A stretch of DNA of 64,000 nucleotides from Selaginella moellendorffii (Eukaryota; Plantae; Lycopodiophyta), in the NCBI RefSeq assembly GCF_000143415.4, contig NW_003314266.1, positions 2,757,745-2,821,744 on the forward strand, written 5' to 3'. A program made the translations under genes and the position numbers. Positions 34,618 through 45,780 of the stretch are shown piece after piece. Under the pieces are notes generated by a model. The model ran no database searches. It had not been told where the DNA came from and worked only from the letters and a program-made list of their open reading frames with translations. Position 1 is the first letter of the stretch. The number at the start of each line of letters is the position of its first letter.

Positions 34618-36623
34618 TTAAATATATCGCACGAGCTTCCTTAACTCGGCGCCGTTTCCGTTGGTCAAGAAGAAGAGCCGGTTGATGGCATCCTCCTGAG
34701 GCTCATTGTGCAACAGATTTTGCCTGAGAAACAGCCAACAGTTGTAAAGATGTCAAGGAAAAGAGGAGACCGTAGCATTACTTGTGATAGTATCGAATAG
34801 CGGCGTGAATCTCTTCCTTGTCTGCGCGAGCAACGTCAATTCGAAACCTCTTCGGAGCTCCGGGAAGTTCCAGGGGAAGCTTGCCGACAGCTGTCGACTG
34901 TGAAAAGGCTCCAACAAAGAGTTGACGCGATGTTTCCATCCTCCGGAAAGCGCTCACCTGTAGTCAGACAGGGCCATCAGATTTGAAAATGAAAGGTGAA
35001 GTTAACAAACCATTCCTAGCTCTTTGGCATGAATTTGACGAGTCTTCTTAAAATCCAGGAATTGGTGATACTCGCTGAACGTAAACCAACTGTTAAACTG
35101 CAACAGGGACCCAGAATGGTCAGAAGGAAAACATTGAAACCACGTATACAACCTCGTCAACCGCGATCAGGACTGGGAACTCTGTGACGAGATCAAGCTC
35201 TTGTCTCAATCTCACAACGATGTTGGAGGCAGCAGCTTGCACGTCAAGCCCCTTTTCCACAAGATCTTTCACGGTCGAGTTCTCCGGCATAGTAATTTCT
35301 TGTGGACCTGGTATACGACCAAGCGCAGCAGTTTCACCCAAAAATATAGGATCCGGAACACGACACTTGATCTGTTCCAGCATTTCGCCATGACTGTCCA
35401 AAAACTCCTAGAAAATGAAGCAAATTAGTTACAAGCATAAAAACTGCAAGTGAATGCTTACCCGTAAAACCTTCTGAGCTTGTATAGGTGTGTCCCAAAG
35501 TCCAGTAAGCTCATTCAAATAATAGTACCCTCCCCTGGTCCATTCTTGGCCCCTGGGTACGTAAAAAACAAGCCAACCTTGAGCACGAGCCCATTGGACA
35601 ATCACCGCGAGAGCAAAACTTTTTCCACATCCTACAGGTCCATCGAGAATGTGGTGCTTGGAGCCCCTCATCCCTGAGAGATGTTACAAAGGTCAGACAA
35701 AAACACAAGAGTGCCTAAACTTACTTTGATCTTTCTTGCTAGATATATGGAGCTTCATGCCGTCGTCCTTCTTTGCCTCTTCATCCTCATCTTCCGCATG
35801 AGTATCATCTTTGTCTTGGACCTCTTCGCTCGACTTCTCTCCTTCTTCAGAGGTAACACTTGTGTCGGATTCCTCGCTCTTCACGCTAGCTTTCGGCTTA
35901 TCCGCTTTCACAAAGACGGCATCCCTGGCGAGATTGTAAGGCAAAACGTCCGGCGAGACGAAAGCAAACTCGCCAGTGGCGGAGTACTGGAGCTTGTTAA
36001 TGATTTCAAGAACACATCTTCTAACTCGAACGAACCTGCTTCTCGACATCTCAAATTCTTTCATAACTCCCTTCGGAAATCCTTCAGTAAAGTACTTCGT
36101 CACATCCTCCTCACTACAAAAGAAAAAAAAGAGAGCGTCTTCAGTCTCCATTTCTCGAAGAACAATGAAGAATAGAAACTCACCTTATGTGGAAGTACTT
36201 GTTGATATCCTCGGCAGTGATCTCGTGAACTTTCCTTGCTCCAGTGAAGAGATTGTCCTCGGCAATCTCTCCTGGTTCCTTAATGGTATAATCCTCAATG
36301 CCTACAGTCCCTGTGCTACCACCACCCCCTTCCGATGCTCCAGCGCCTCCTTTCCCAGACCCCTTCCCTCCAGCAGCTCCTTTCTTCCCTCCTTTCGCCG
36401 CCTGAGGGCCCTTCTTCGTCTTGGCCTTGGGCGTCACGGCTCCCTTCTTCGTCGTCGCAAACCCGCGCCTGAAATCCAATCCTCCCAGGCCTACATTGCT
36501 CAATCCATGATCCCCGCCGATAATCGCCGGAGCGCATTCTCTAGCATTACATCGACACAGACCTGGGCTTGCGCTCCGCGGCACTGATCGAGCGAGGCGC
36601 CATAGCCGCGCCGCGGCGGACAT
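34618..36623 (-). CDS. DAP3: Mitochondrial small ribosomal subunit protein mS29 (DAP3)
   Basis: Mitochondrial-type presequence, HILDGPVGCGKS, QWARAQGWLVFYVP, FPVLIAVDE and C-terminal RLFFLTNGNGAELRK. Multi-exon. Confidence 0.88.
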
Positions 36624-36651
36624 CGCCAGAGTCTCTCCAAGAGGAAGAACC

Positions 36652-38862
36652 CTAGCCCAGGGGTTTTAGGGCTCTACTTGGCACGATTCCATCCGTCGGG
36701 AGGGAAAGCTTTCTGGCCGTCGGATCTCTGTACATGTTGGAGAGAAGCACGTAGCCCGCCACATTCTTGGCGTCCATATCCACCATTCTCTGCGACGCTC
36801 GAGCTCCTCTCTTGGAATCCTTGTGGCTCTTACACCCGGCTAGCAGCGCCGTCCAATCCAGCGAATCCGGCACGAATGGCATGGTATGGATGAGCTCCTC
36901 CGATTCCTCTAGATGGCCCGATCGCGCGAGAAGATCCACCGCGCAGCTATACAATTGCTTGGTGGGTTTCACCGCGTGATCCATTTGCATCGATCGGAAG
37001 CACGCGAGCCCATCCTTGAACTTGCCACTGTGGCTGCAAGCCGCGATCGCGCACACGATCGTCGCCTCGTCAGGTGATTCCGCCGCCAAATTCATCGCGC
37101 CAAAGAACTCCATTGCGATCTCGAAGCTAGCCTTTTGGGCGAATGCCGCAAGCATCGCCGTCCAAGACACGCGGTCGCGCTCGTCCATGGATTTGAAGAG
37201 ATTCGCCGCATCTTCCACGCGCCCTTTCTGGGCATATGCCGAAAGGATCACCGTCCACGACACATTGCTTCGTTCCTCCATGCTATCGAAGAAACTCTTC
37301 GCCTTGTCGAGATTCTCGTTTAGAGCATATGACGCGAGCATTGCGCCCCACGCCACTGCGTCTCTCTCCTCCATGGCATCGAAAAACTTCTTAGAATCTT
37401 CTAGATGCCCGTTCTGGGCATATGCCGCGAGCATCGCGTTCCATGACACCCTGTCGCGCTCCTGCATCCGGTCGAATATGCTCTTGGCGTATTCCAGATG
37501 CCCATTCTGGGAATATGCAGAAAGCATCGCGTTCCACGACACAAGGTCGTGCTCGCGCATAAGATCGAAGAGATTCTTCGCGTTTTCCAGGTTCCCACTG
37601 CGCGAGTGCGCGCAAAGCATTATGTTCCACGAGATTTGGTCACGTTCCTCCATCGCACCAAAGAGATTCCTCGCTGTCTCAATATGCCCGTTTATGGCAT
37701 ATGCCGAGAGCATTGCGTTCCACGACGCAAGATCCCTCTCTTGCATCTCATCGAAAACCTGTTTAGATTCCTCAACCAGCCCTTGCTGGGAATATGCCAC
37801 TAGCATCACAGTCCACGAAATAAAGTCCCACTCTTTCATCCGAGCAAACAAGCTCCTTGCCTCAGGGATATTCCCGAAAGTGGTATATGCCGAAAGCATC
37901 GTGTTCCACGATACCAGGTTGCTCTCTCGCATCGCGTAAAAGAGGGCTTTAGCCTCTTCTATGTGCCCAGTCTGGGCATAGGCACTCAGCATTGTGTTCC
38001 ACGAAACCAAGCTCCTCTCTGGCATTCGATCAAAGATCTTCTTGGTGCTCTCCAAATCCCCGTTTTGAGCATATGCCGACGCCATCGCTGTGAGCGAGAT
38101 CATGTTTTTCTCGCGCATCCGGGCAAAGAGCCGCTTGGCCTCGTCGAATTGCCCGTTCTGCGCATACCCGGCAAGCATCGCATTCCACGAGACAAGATCC
38201 CTCTCGGGCATCGTCCGGAAAACAAGTTCGGCCTCCTCAATCATCTTGTTGTCGGCATAGGCGACAAGCATCGCCGTCCAGGAGATCATGTCCCTCTCGA
38301 GCATGGAATCGAAGAGATTCTTGGCCTCGTCAATGAGACCCTCCCGGGCCAGGGCCGTGAGCATCGCGGTCTCGGAAAAGATGCTCAGTTCGGGCATCTT
38401 AGTGAAGAGATTCCTGGCGTCTCCCAGCCGTCCATTGTCCACAAACGCTGTAAGCATCGCCGTCCATGAGACTCTATCCCTCTCCCACATGGAATCGAAC
38501 ACGCGCTTGGCCTCGTCCACATGCCCGTGCTGGGCAAGTGCGTTGATCATGACCGTCCACGTCACCAGGTTGTGCTCGGGCATGGCCAAGTATATACCCC
38601 GGGCCTCCTCCAGATGCCCGTTCTGGGCATATGCCGAGAGCATCAGTGCCCAGGAGAAGACGTTCTTCTTGGCCGTCCCGTCGAAGACTCTCTTGGCATC
38701 TTCCACGCCGCCGCGGGTGCCGTACATCTGGAGGAGGAAATTGGCCATGTAAATATTGGATTGGACGAGATGGGCCACACGAGAGTGTACGGCCTTGAGC
38801 TGGGCGAGTGTCTTGGCTGCCCTGATCTGCTCGAGCCCGGCATTAACCTCTAAGTTGGTCAT
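36652..38862 (-). CDS. PLS-subfamily PPR protein made of tandem 31-aa S/SS motifs plus an E domain
   Basis: Intronless ORF with a long unbroken run of VSWNAMLxAYAQNGHLExAKxxFDxMxERD repeats, then ACSHSG..YSC.VDLLARSG..MPF.PD..W.ALL..YVLLSNMY. No DYW. Confidence 0.93.
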   Translation of the reverse strand: MTNLEVNAGLEQIRAAKTLAQLKAVHSRVAHLVQSNIYMANFLLQMYGTRGGVEDAKRVFDGTAKKNVFSWALMLSAYAQNGHLEEARGIYLAMPEHNLVTWTVMINALAQHGHVDEAKRVFDSMWERDRVSWTAMLTAFVDNGRLGDARNLFTKMPELSIFSETAMLTALAREGLIDEAKNLFDSMLERDMISWTAMLVAYADNKMIEEAELVFRTMPERDLVSWNAMLAGYAQNGQFDEAKRLFARMREKNMISLTAMASAYAQNGDLESTKKIFDRMPERSLVSWNTMLSAYAQTGHIEEAKALFYAMRESNLVSWNTMLSAYTTFGNIPEARSLFARMKEWDFISWTVMLVAYSQQGLVEESKQVFDEMQERDLASWNAMLSAYAINGHIETARNLFGAMEERDQISWNIMLCAHSRSGNLENAKNLFDLMREHDLVSWNAMLSAYSQNGHLEYAKSIFDRMQERDRVSWNAMLAAYAQNGHLEDSKKFFDAMEERDAVAWGAMLASYALNENLDKAKSFFDSMEERSNVSWTVILSAYAQKGRVEDAANLFKSMDERDRVSWTAMLAAFAQKASFEIAMEFFGAMNLAAESPDEATIVCAIAACSHSGKFKDGLACFRSMQMDHAVKPTKQLYSCAVDLLARSGHLEESEELIHTMPFVPDSLDWTALLAGCKSHKDSKRGARASQRMVDMDAKNVAGYVLLSNMYRDPTARKLSLPTDGIVPSRALKPLG

Positions 38863-39493
38863 CTGGAAGGGCAAAAGTAATTAGGGCTATAGATGCCCAC
38901 TTTGGGCATATGCCAAGGAATTTTTGTAAGAGTAATTAGGGCTCGAGCATTTTTCAAGGTTGATTAACGTGGCGGCACTAACGTCCGTTGGATTGGATGG
39001 TTTGTTGGTAAAATCGGGAAAAAAGAACGAACGAAACCCTTGTTTCCTCTCTTACCTAGTGTTGCGCTGTCGACGCACCGCGGCGTGTGGCGCGGAGTGG
39101 GGCGCGGGCGGAGGCGAGGCGGCACGATTGAATCGCCGGGCTGAGATTTCGCAGTGCCGGCAAGGTTTGTGGTCTTCGATCGCAGCCGCGGGGCAAAGAA
39201 TCGCATCGATTTGGCTGACCGCTTGCGAAAATGCCAGCCAAGAAGAGAGTGTAGCTCGTTCTTGCGGGAGCTCGGTGGCCGGGAGCCCTATCCTGGCGTG
39301 GGAATTCAGTCACTCTAGGTAATGTGGGCAATTTCTTCGTGGATAGGGTGTTTCTTAACGATGCCCTAGGGAGCAGCAATTGGGAAATGCGGTTCTGGGA
39401 AGAGAGGCTCGTCCGGGAAGAAGAAGAACAAGGCAAAGAGAAGAAAGGTGGGACTAAGAACACAGCAAAGCTCTAGTGAATGAGGAGGTGGAT

Positions 39494-41750
39494 ATGAGGG
39501 ATATGAATGCCACAGTTGAGAGTGAGACGACTACTACAGCTTCGGCACAGGGGGAGCCGCCATGGTTACACGTCCGGCGGGAGCCATTCGAGTACGGCAT
39601 GCTACCACTGCCGAGTTTGATGCACCACGATGGAGTTGGGTCTCTCCGGGAGCTCCGGGAGAAGCTGCTGGACAAGTCTATCCCGCAAACATCCTGGCAG
39701 TCGGGAGGAGGGAATGCTTCCGAGGATTCGTCAGCGATGGCTCAGCAGCCAAGCAGACGCGTTGGTGTTGCTGCGATTGTCGAGTGCTTGGGACTTTCGG
39801 AGGCGCATGCTCTACTGGTGTTGGATACTCTGGCTTCGGTCTTGCCAGATGGAGACGACTGTGATCAGCTGGCTCGGGCTTATGCAGCGGAGATTGACAC
39901 AGTCGGAGCACACGTCGACGATCTTCTTCTCTTCCTATATATTCAGATCTATCGGAGGGTTCCTCCACGCTCTCACAAGGATCCGGCGGCAGTAGCAGAC
40001 GTTTGGCCTTCTACGTCGCCGTTTGATGGATTCTTTTCGACACTTTCGCCTTTGCAAGTAAGCAAGCACTCTGGTTTTTATTTCAAGTTCTTGTGTTCTT
40101 GTGTTCTTGCTCACGACAGGTTAGGCCTACAAGAAAATCCGTTCCTTGTCAAGTTGAAGAGGAGGTGCACCAGCTTGCATTCGTCCAGAAGCATCTCTCA
40201 TCTTTACTGGCTTTGCTGGTCGATCTGGAGGAAGACGGTGCAAAGGTAAAATGATCAAGAGCTATTTGTTGGAAGCCATTGATCTGATTCGACATGTTTT
40301 TCTTAAGGTTCTGTCAGTTGGAAGCTTCGATCGTCTCGGAATTATTTTTCGGCCAGTTGACGCGCAATGCAACGCAAGATCACTCAGCCAGACCGCTCCT
40401 TTCTTTGCGGGTTCTGATCCGGATATGCCTGCTGTTCCGGTGCCTTTGGCTCAAGCACACGACTGGATTTTGGAGCACATTTCGACCCAAGCTCAACGAA
40501 CAAAATGTTCAGGCAAAGAAAACGGGCCGAATGAGGAGAACGATATCACTATGATTGATGCTGTCGGGGCACAGGCATGGGTTCAAAATGGTGTGACCAA
40601 GAACAGGGAGTGGTGTTTCGAAGGGCTGACATTCGTTGATGGGGTGACCAAAGTATCCACCATAAAGAGCGAAAGCGATGTCACTGGTGACACGTTGAAG
40701 GTTTATACGTCTTACACCAGAGTTTTATCTTTAACATAGTTCTTTCAGGTATCGAACTGTCACGATGCGGTGGTTTACGTTCTGGCGCCAACTAAGTATG
40801 CGTCTGTGTTTGGCTGCTCGGATTCCATTGTCGTTCTTGGTGCGGTTGGAAAGGTAGCGTGGTATCGACTGTTTCTTATTACTAATTCTCTGTTTGAATG
40901 CAGGCCGTGAGGATAGAGCACTGCGAAAGAGTCCAGGTGATCGTGCCCTGTGCAAGAATCTGTATAGCGAATTGCCGGGAGTGCGTGTTCTTTCTGGGTG
41001 TCAATCAACGTCCACTCATTCTCGGTAATAACTATAATCTTCAGGTAAAAGTCATATCATTTTTGCTTCTTTTTTTTTTTCTAAAAGCTTCTACCGTATT
41101 TACCAGGTCGCTCCGTTCAACACGTTTTATCCAAAACTTGAAGCACATCTTGCTCAAGTTCGAGTGGATCCGACTGTCAACAGATGGGACAAGATTTTGA
41201 CATTGGGGGTTATCGATCCACATGACTCCTTACCCCATCCTGCTGGTGTTGCTGACGCTCAAGCGGAAGGTGCCAGCGTCGTTCCGCCGGATAGATTTAC
41301 TAATTTCCTGGTAAGATGACGTTCTGGATTCTTTTGGCTAGCTGCTCACAATACTGACTTTTCAGATTCCAAGATGGAACGGAGGAGAATCCGAACAGAA
41401 TTTTACGAGGGCGAATCCGTTTTTGCTACCGAAACTTTATCTGATGGCGCAGCAGCAGCGGGTGAGTTTTTCTTTTTCTTTTTTTCTTTTTCCTTCTCGG
41501 TTCATTTACTGATTTTTTTTTAACAGAACAAGGCAATGGAGAACTTGCGCCACTTGCTGCAGAATGTTCCCTTGGACGATAATCGTAAGCGGGACCTGTC
41601 GAATGCAATTCACGCACACTTCAAGGAATGGTTATACGGTAGGGCTTGAACTTTTTGTCTTGTGACTTGAATAAAAATGTTGTTTCTGCAGGGTCCGGAA
41701 ATATTCGTCAGTTATACGACCTTCAGATCGCTGACAAAGGGACGGAGTGA
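39494..41750 (+). CDS. TBCC domain-containing protein (TBCCD1-like)
   Basis: VRREPFEYGMLP, LLLFLYIQ, a beta-helix region (VSNCHDAVVYVLAP, VRIEHCERVQVIVPCARICIANCRECVFFLGVNQRP, QVAPFNTFYPKLE) and a terminal HFKEWLY.SGNIRQLYDL. Many short introns; the start is uncertain. Confidence 0.88.
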
Positions 41751-42110
41751 TCTTGTTGTGGCCTGTAAAAGGTCTCTTCTAAAGCGCCATTGACATGAAG
41801 GCATCCTTCACACTCAAGGCTCGGACGGCATCCGAATTGTGGAGGAAAAAGACACAATGGTTTTGATGATGGAGTCCGAAGCTCCAGAGAGATCGTTGTT
41901 GGGTCAGGTTAGTCCATTGCGGTTTCCGATCCTGCTCAGCTGCTGATGGTGTCTCCTTGCAGATGTGCAAGGTAAGCTAGATCTGTGTATCATTTGAATG
42001 GCAAAATAATATGAAAATTTGCTTTTCTTTCGCGAGTTTGTGTTCGTTTTTGTTATTTCAGGAAGGTTGTGAACGGGTGGTACGTACTCGTCTATTTCTT
42101 TGCCAGGCTC

Positions 42111-42521
42111 TTACTTGAACATTCGCTCTTCCGAACTGATGGGAATGTTATTTGCAGACATGTCTCGGCGTTCCATGACACCATCCTGATTGAAAGTCCA
42201 GTGCTCGATGCCGTAAGCTCGCCACCACTGACCAGCCACTTCGTCCAGGTACTCGTACTCAAATTCCACAGCGATTTTGTTGTCGTTGTGGCAGAAGTAA
42301 CGCTTGCGAAGTTTGTACCTCTTCTCAACATCCCATTTTTTCTGGAGGAAGCCGATGATTTCCTCACGGCCTCGGAGAAACTGGTCCCTGTTGCGCCACA
42401 CGGAATCAGGGGTGTATGCGAGAGCTACCTTATTGGGGTCTTTGGTGTTCCAGAGATCCTCCGCTCGCTGGACCTTCGCTTTGGCCGTCGCTTCCGTGAA
42501 CGGTGGAACCAGAGACGCCAT
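42111..42521 (-). CDS. DUF1348 / SnoaL-like (NTF2-fold) protein
   Basis: Intronless PPFTEATAKAKVQRAEDLWNTKDP.KVALAYT.DS.WRNR..F..GR.EI..FL..KW..E..Y.L.K...IAV.F.YE....QW.R.YG.E.W.F...G.M..R..S.N matches the DUF1348 pattern as recalled. Confidence 0.85.
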   Translation of the reverse strand: MASLVPPFTEATAKAKVQRAEDLWNTKDPNKVALAYTPDSVWRNRDQFLRGREEIIGFLQKKWDVEKRYKLRKRYFCHNDNKIAVEFEYEYLDEVAGQWWRAYGIEHWTFNQDGVMERRDMSANNIPISSEERMFK

Positions 42522-42563
42522 ATGGGACTTAGGGCTCCGACTTGGGGGTTCCAACTCTTTAAG

Positions 42564-45335
42564 TCACCAGTAGTCTCCGCAAGAACAGGTTCCACTCTGG
42601 AAGCGATGGAAACGATTAGCGTCCCTCACGGTGATCACCCGACTTCTCAACTTGGATATCAACTTGATGGCCCCGTGACAGTCCGAGCAAACTCTGAGGT
42701 TCTTCAGAACGAGCAGAGGAATGCCGCTCTTGGTGGAGATGAGTCCGAACGCAACCGCCAATTTCTCACTGTGGAGGGCAAGGATCTCCTCCTTGTCTTC
42801 GGTTTTGAGATCGTGGACAACGCCGTCAGTGCTTGGAACGAATCCAGCTTGCTTTAGCTCGACGTTCAAGATGTCGAGTTCTCTGAGAATTTTGTCGATC
42901 TGAGGATGGCTGGAGTCTCCCGCTACGAACTCGTGAACTCTGCCGTGGACCTCGATGACACTCCTTCCAGGTACCAGCTTCCTTAGACCTCTCTCTTTCA
43001 TGCTGCTTCTCAGTTCAACTAACTCGTCCTTCTTTCCAGTTGCCGAATACAAACTCGAGAGAAGCGTGTATGGAGCAGTATTTTGAGGCTCCAGATTGAA
43101 TGCCTGCTCGGCGGCAGACGCAGCATTCTCCAAACTTCCCTGGACCCGGCAGCCTCCAAGCAACGTTCTCCAAGCAATTGCATCCGGCGAAAACGGCATG
43201 CTGTTCATGAGCTCGTCTGCATCTCCAAGCCTTCCAGATCGAGCCAGCAGGTCCACCATACAGCGATAATTCTCAGCAGCTGGAACTAAGTCGAAGTCAG
43301 ACAGCATCAACTGGAAGTGATCGTAAGCTACTTCAAGCATTCCCGAGTGGCTGCAGGCGATGAGAACGGAGATGAAGCTGGCGGAGTCGAGCTCCACTCC
43401 TTCACAAGCTGCTGCTCTCAGAAATGCTGCTGCCTCGTCTCCCTGGCCCTGGTGAGCACAGGCTGCGAGCATCGCATTCCAGGAAACGGAGTTTTTCGTC
43501 GTCATGGCTTTGAAGACGGCCTTGGCTTGCTCCAGAGTTCCACACTTGCCATACATGCTCACGAGCGCGGTCTCCACGACAACGTTTGGCAGGCAACACT
43601 TTCTTCCAAGAACAGGCTCCACGACTCTCTTGTGGATTCTCTTGCCGAACTCGAGAGCACCACAGCAGGAACAGGCAGTGATAACGCTCGCAAAGGTGGT
43701 GTCGTCCTGCGGCAGTCCCTCCAGGTCCATCTCCCGGAAGACTTGGATGGACTCTTTGCCAAGTCCCTGCTGTGCGAAGGTCGCAATCATCACGTTCATC
43801 GAGACTTGGTCTCGCCTCTGCATCTTCCGGAAGATATCTCTGGCGACTTCGAGGCTCCCGCACTTGGCATACATGTTGAGCAGCGCGTTTTGGACACCGA
43901 CGTCTCTCTCGTACTCGGTGAGAGCGATGAACTTCTCGTGGATCTCCCGGCCCGCTGCCAGAGCTCCCGACGTGGAACAGGCGCTGAGAATGATCGTGAA
44001 AGTCGTCTTATCGGCATCAGAGCTCATACTTCCGAAGAACTCCATCGCCAGCTGCAACTCGCCCAGCTGCGAGCAGGCACCGATCATCGCGTTCCAGGCA
44101 ACAACGTCGCGGCTTTCCATGCTCTCGAACACTCTCCTCGCTTCGTCCAGCCGGCGGTACCTCGCATACATCTTGATAGCGGCAGTATCCACAAGGACAC
44201 GCGAGCGTCGAGCATCGTTGTCGATCGAGGGAGACATGAAAGACAACGAGTCCGAGTGGATGATCCTCCCGTCCTCGAGGCTGCTGCAAGAACTTAAAGC
44301 TGCGACGAAAGTTATGTGATCGGGAAGAACACCATCGACAGCCATCAGGCGGAAGAGGTAGATCGCCTCTCGGTTTTGCTCGCGCTGGACGTAAGCCGTG
44401 ATCATCGAGTTCCACGACACCAGGCTCTTGCCATCGATCCGGTCGAAGACTCTTCTCGCGGCCAGCAAAAGTCCGAGCTTGGCGTACGCGTTGAGCAGGC
44501 AAGTCGCCACCACGACATCGAACTGGAGTCCCGTCTCCACGATCCTGGCATGGATCTTCTCCAGAGAAGTGACATCGTTGCAAGCTCCGAGAACTCCAAC
44601 GAAGGTCGCTCGGCAGGGACGGACGCCGTGCTCCGCCATCTTTTCGAAGAGATCGAGAGCTTGGTGGTGGCTGTGCCCGCTCTGGGCATACGCGGCTATG
44701 AGAGCGTTCCAGGAGACGACGTTCTTGGCCGGGATGCGATCAAAGACCGACTTTGCAGTGGAGAGGTCGCCACACTTCGCGTACATGCTGAAGATGGCGG
44801 TGTCGAGAATGACCGAGGGGCGGATCCCACGGCTGGCTTTGATCCTGGCATGGATCTCCCGGCCTCTCTGGAGATCTCCCAGCGAAGAACAGGCCGAGAG
44901 GGCGGTTGCGAAGGTCATGGCCGTGGGAGGAACGTCCATCTTTGCGAAGAGGTGGAGAGCTGTGGAGGGGTGGCCGCGGTGGGCATAGGCCGAGATGATG
45001 ATGTTCCAGGAGAAGATGTTCTTGTGCTGGATGGCGTCGAAGATGGATCGAGCTTCACAAAGGCTGCCGTGCTTGGCGAGCATGAGGACGAGGAGATTGT
45101 TGAGGTAGGCGCTGCTTCCCAGGCCCGCTCGAGTGATCTTTTGGTGGATGATCGAGACTGAGTTGGAATCCTTGCAGCTGCGAATCGCGGCGGCGAAGGA
45201 GTCGGATTGGATCTCCCTCTCGAGGCTGTCGAGTGGATCGTGCTTCCGGGACGATGAAGAAGAAGAGCAGGCATTTTTCCTGGTTGTGGCGATGGTGGGC
45301 TTCTTCGTCTTCCAGATGGTATGCTTCTTGAGCAT
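42564..45335 (-). CDS. PLS-E-DYW PPR protein (organellar C-to-U editing factor type)
   Basis: Intronless P-L-S repeats, PG box (PGRSVIEV), HSEKLA, CSDCH and terminal CSCGDYW. Confidence 0.95.
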   Translation of the reverse strand: MLKKHTIWKTKKPTIATTRKNACSSSSSSRKHDPLDSLEREIQSDSFAAAIRSCKDSNSVSIIHQKITRAGLGSSAYLNNLLVLMLAKHGSLCEARSIFDAIQHKNIFSWNIIISAYAHRGHPSTALHLFAKMDVPPTAMTFATALSACSSLGDLQRGREIHARIKASRGIRPSVILDTAIFSMYAKCGDLSTAKSVFDRIPAKNVVSWNALIAAYAQSGHSHHQALDLFEKMAEHGVRPCRATFVGVLGACNDVTSLEKIHARIVETGLQFDVVVATCLLNAYAKLGLLLAARRVFDRIDGKSLVSWNSMITAYVQREQNREAIYLFRLMAVDGVLPDHITFVAALSSCSSLEDGRIIHSDSLSFMSPSIDNDARRSRVLVDTAAIKMYARYRRLDEARRVFESMESRDVVAWNAMIGACSQLGELQLAMEFFGSMSSDADKTTFTIILSACSTSGALAAGREIHEKFIALTEYERDVGVQNALLNMYAKCGSLEVARDIFRKMQRRDQVSMNVMIATFAQQGLGKESIQVFREMDLEGLPQDDTTFASVITACSCCGALEFGKRIHKRVVEPVLGRKCCLPNVVVETALVSMYGKCGTLEQAKAVFKAMTTKNSVSWNAMLAACAHQGQGDEAAAFLRAAACEGVELDSASFISVLIACSHSGMLEVAYDHFQLMLSDFDLVPAAENYRCMVDLLARSGRLGDADELMNSMPFSPDAIAWRTLLGGCRVQGSLENAASAAEQAFNLEPQNTAPYTLLSSLYSATGKKDELVELRSSMKERGLRKLVPGRSVIEVHGRVHEFVAGDSSHPQIDKILRELDILNVELKQAGFVPSTDGVVHDLKTEDKEEILALHSEKLAVAFGLISTKSGIPLLVLKNLRVCSDCHGAIKLISKLRSRVITVRDANRFHRFQSGTCSCGDYW

Positions 45336-45384
45336 CTCCCAGCACCATTCTTTGCGATCCAAACGCTATCTTTGATCGAGAAAG

Positions 45385-45780
45385 CAGATGCTCGTTCTGT
45401 GCTTTTGCTGTGAGTCTGGATTCTTGCTTGTCACGATCTATTCTGCCATGATCACGCGAAGAAGATTTAAGGAAGCGATCTAGCAAGAGTCAAGGAAGAA
45501 GAAGACCAAGGAGGAGCATAGAAAGAATGGAAGAAGAGAGCTCTAGATAGAAGAAAAGATCGAAATGAACAGATGCCCTCTCTGGGCATTTTCTGTGAGC
45601 TGTGATTTCGGCGTGTCGGAATCTATTTTGCGACGATCACACGAAGAAAATCTGATGGGAACGATCAAGCGAACGTCAAAGAAGAATAAGACCGAGAAGG
45701 ATCATAGAAAGAATGGAAGAAAAGAGCTCTAGAGTAGAAGAAATATCTAAATTGCTAGATGCCCTATCTGGGCATTTGGC
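45385..45780. repeat. ~185-bp tandem duplication (~2.1 copies) in the divergent DYW/RLCK intergenic region
   Basis: AGATGC blocks recur at ~45387, ~45572 and ~45757, with shared CATAGAAAGAATGGAAGAA.AGAGCTCTAGA. Confidence 0.8.

Noticed and set aside
37016-38853. Long plus-strand ORFs (up to 307 aa) over the SS-PPR gene
   Set aside because: Antisense shadows of a repetitive coding sequence with no independent motifs.
43317-45161. Long plus-strand ORFs over the PPR-DYW gene
   Set aside because: Antisense shadows of GC-rich codons.
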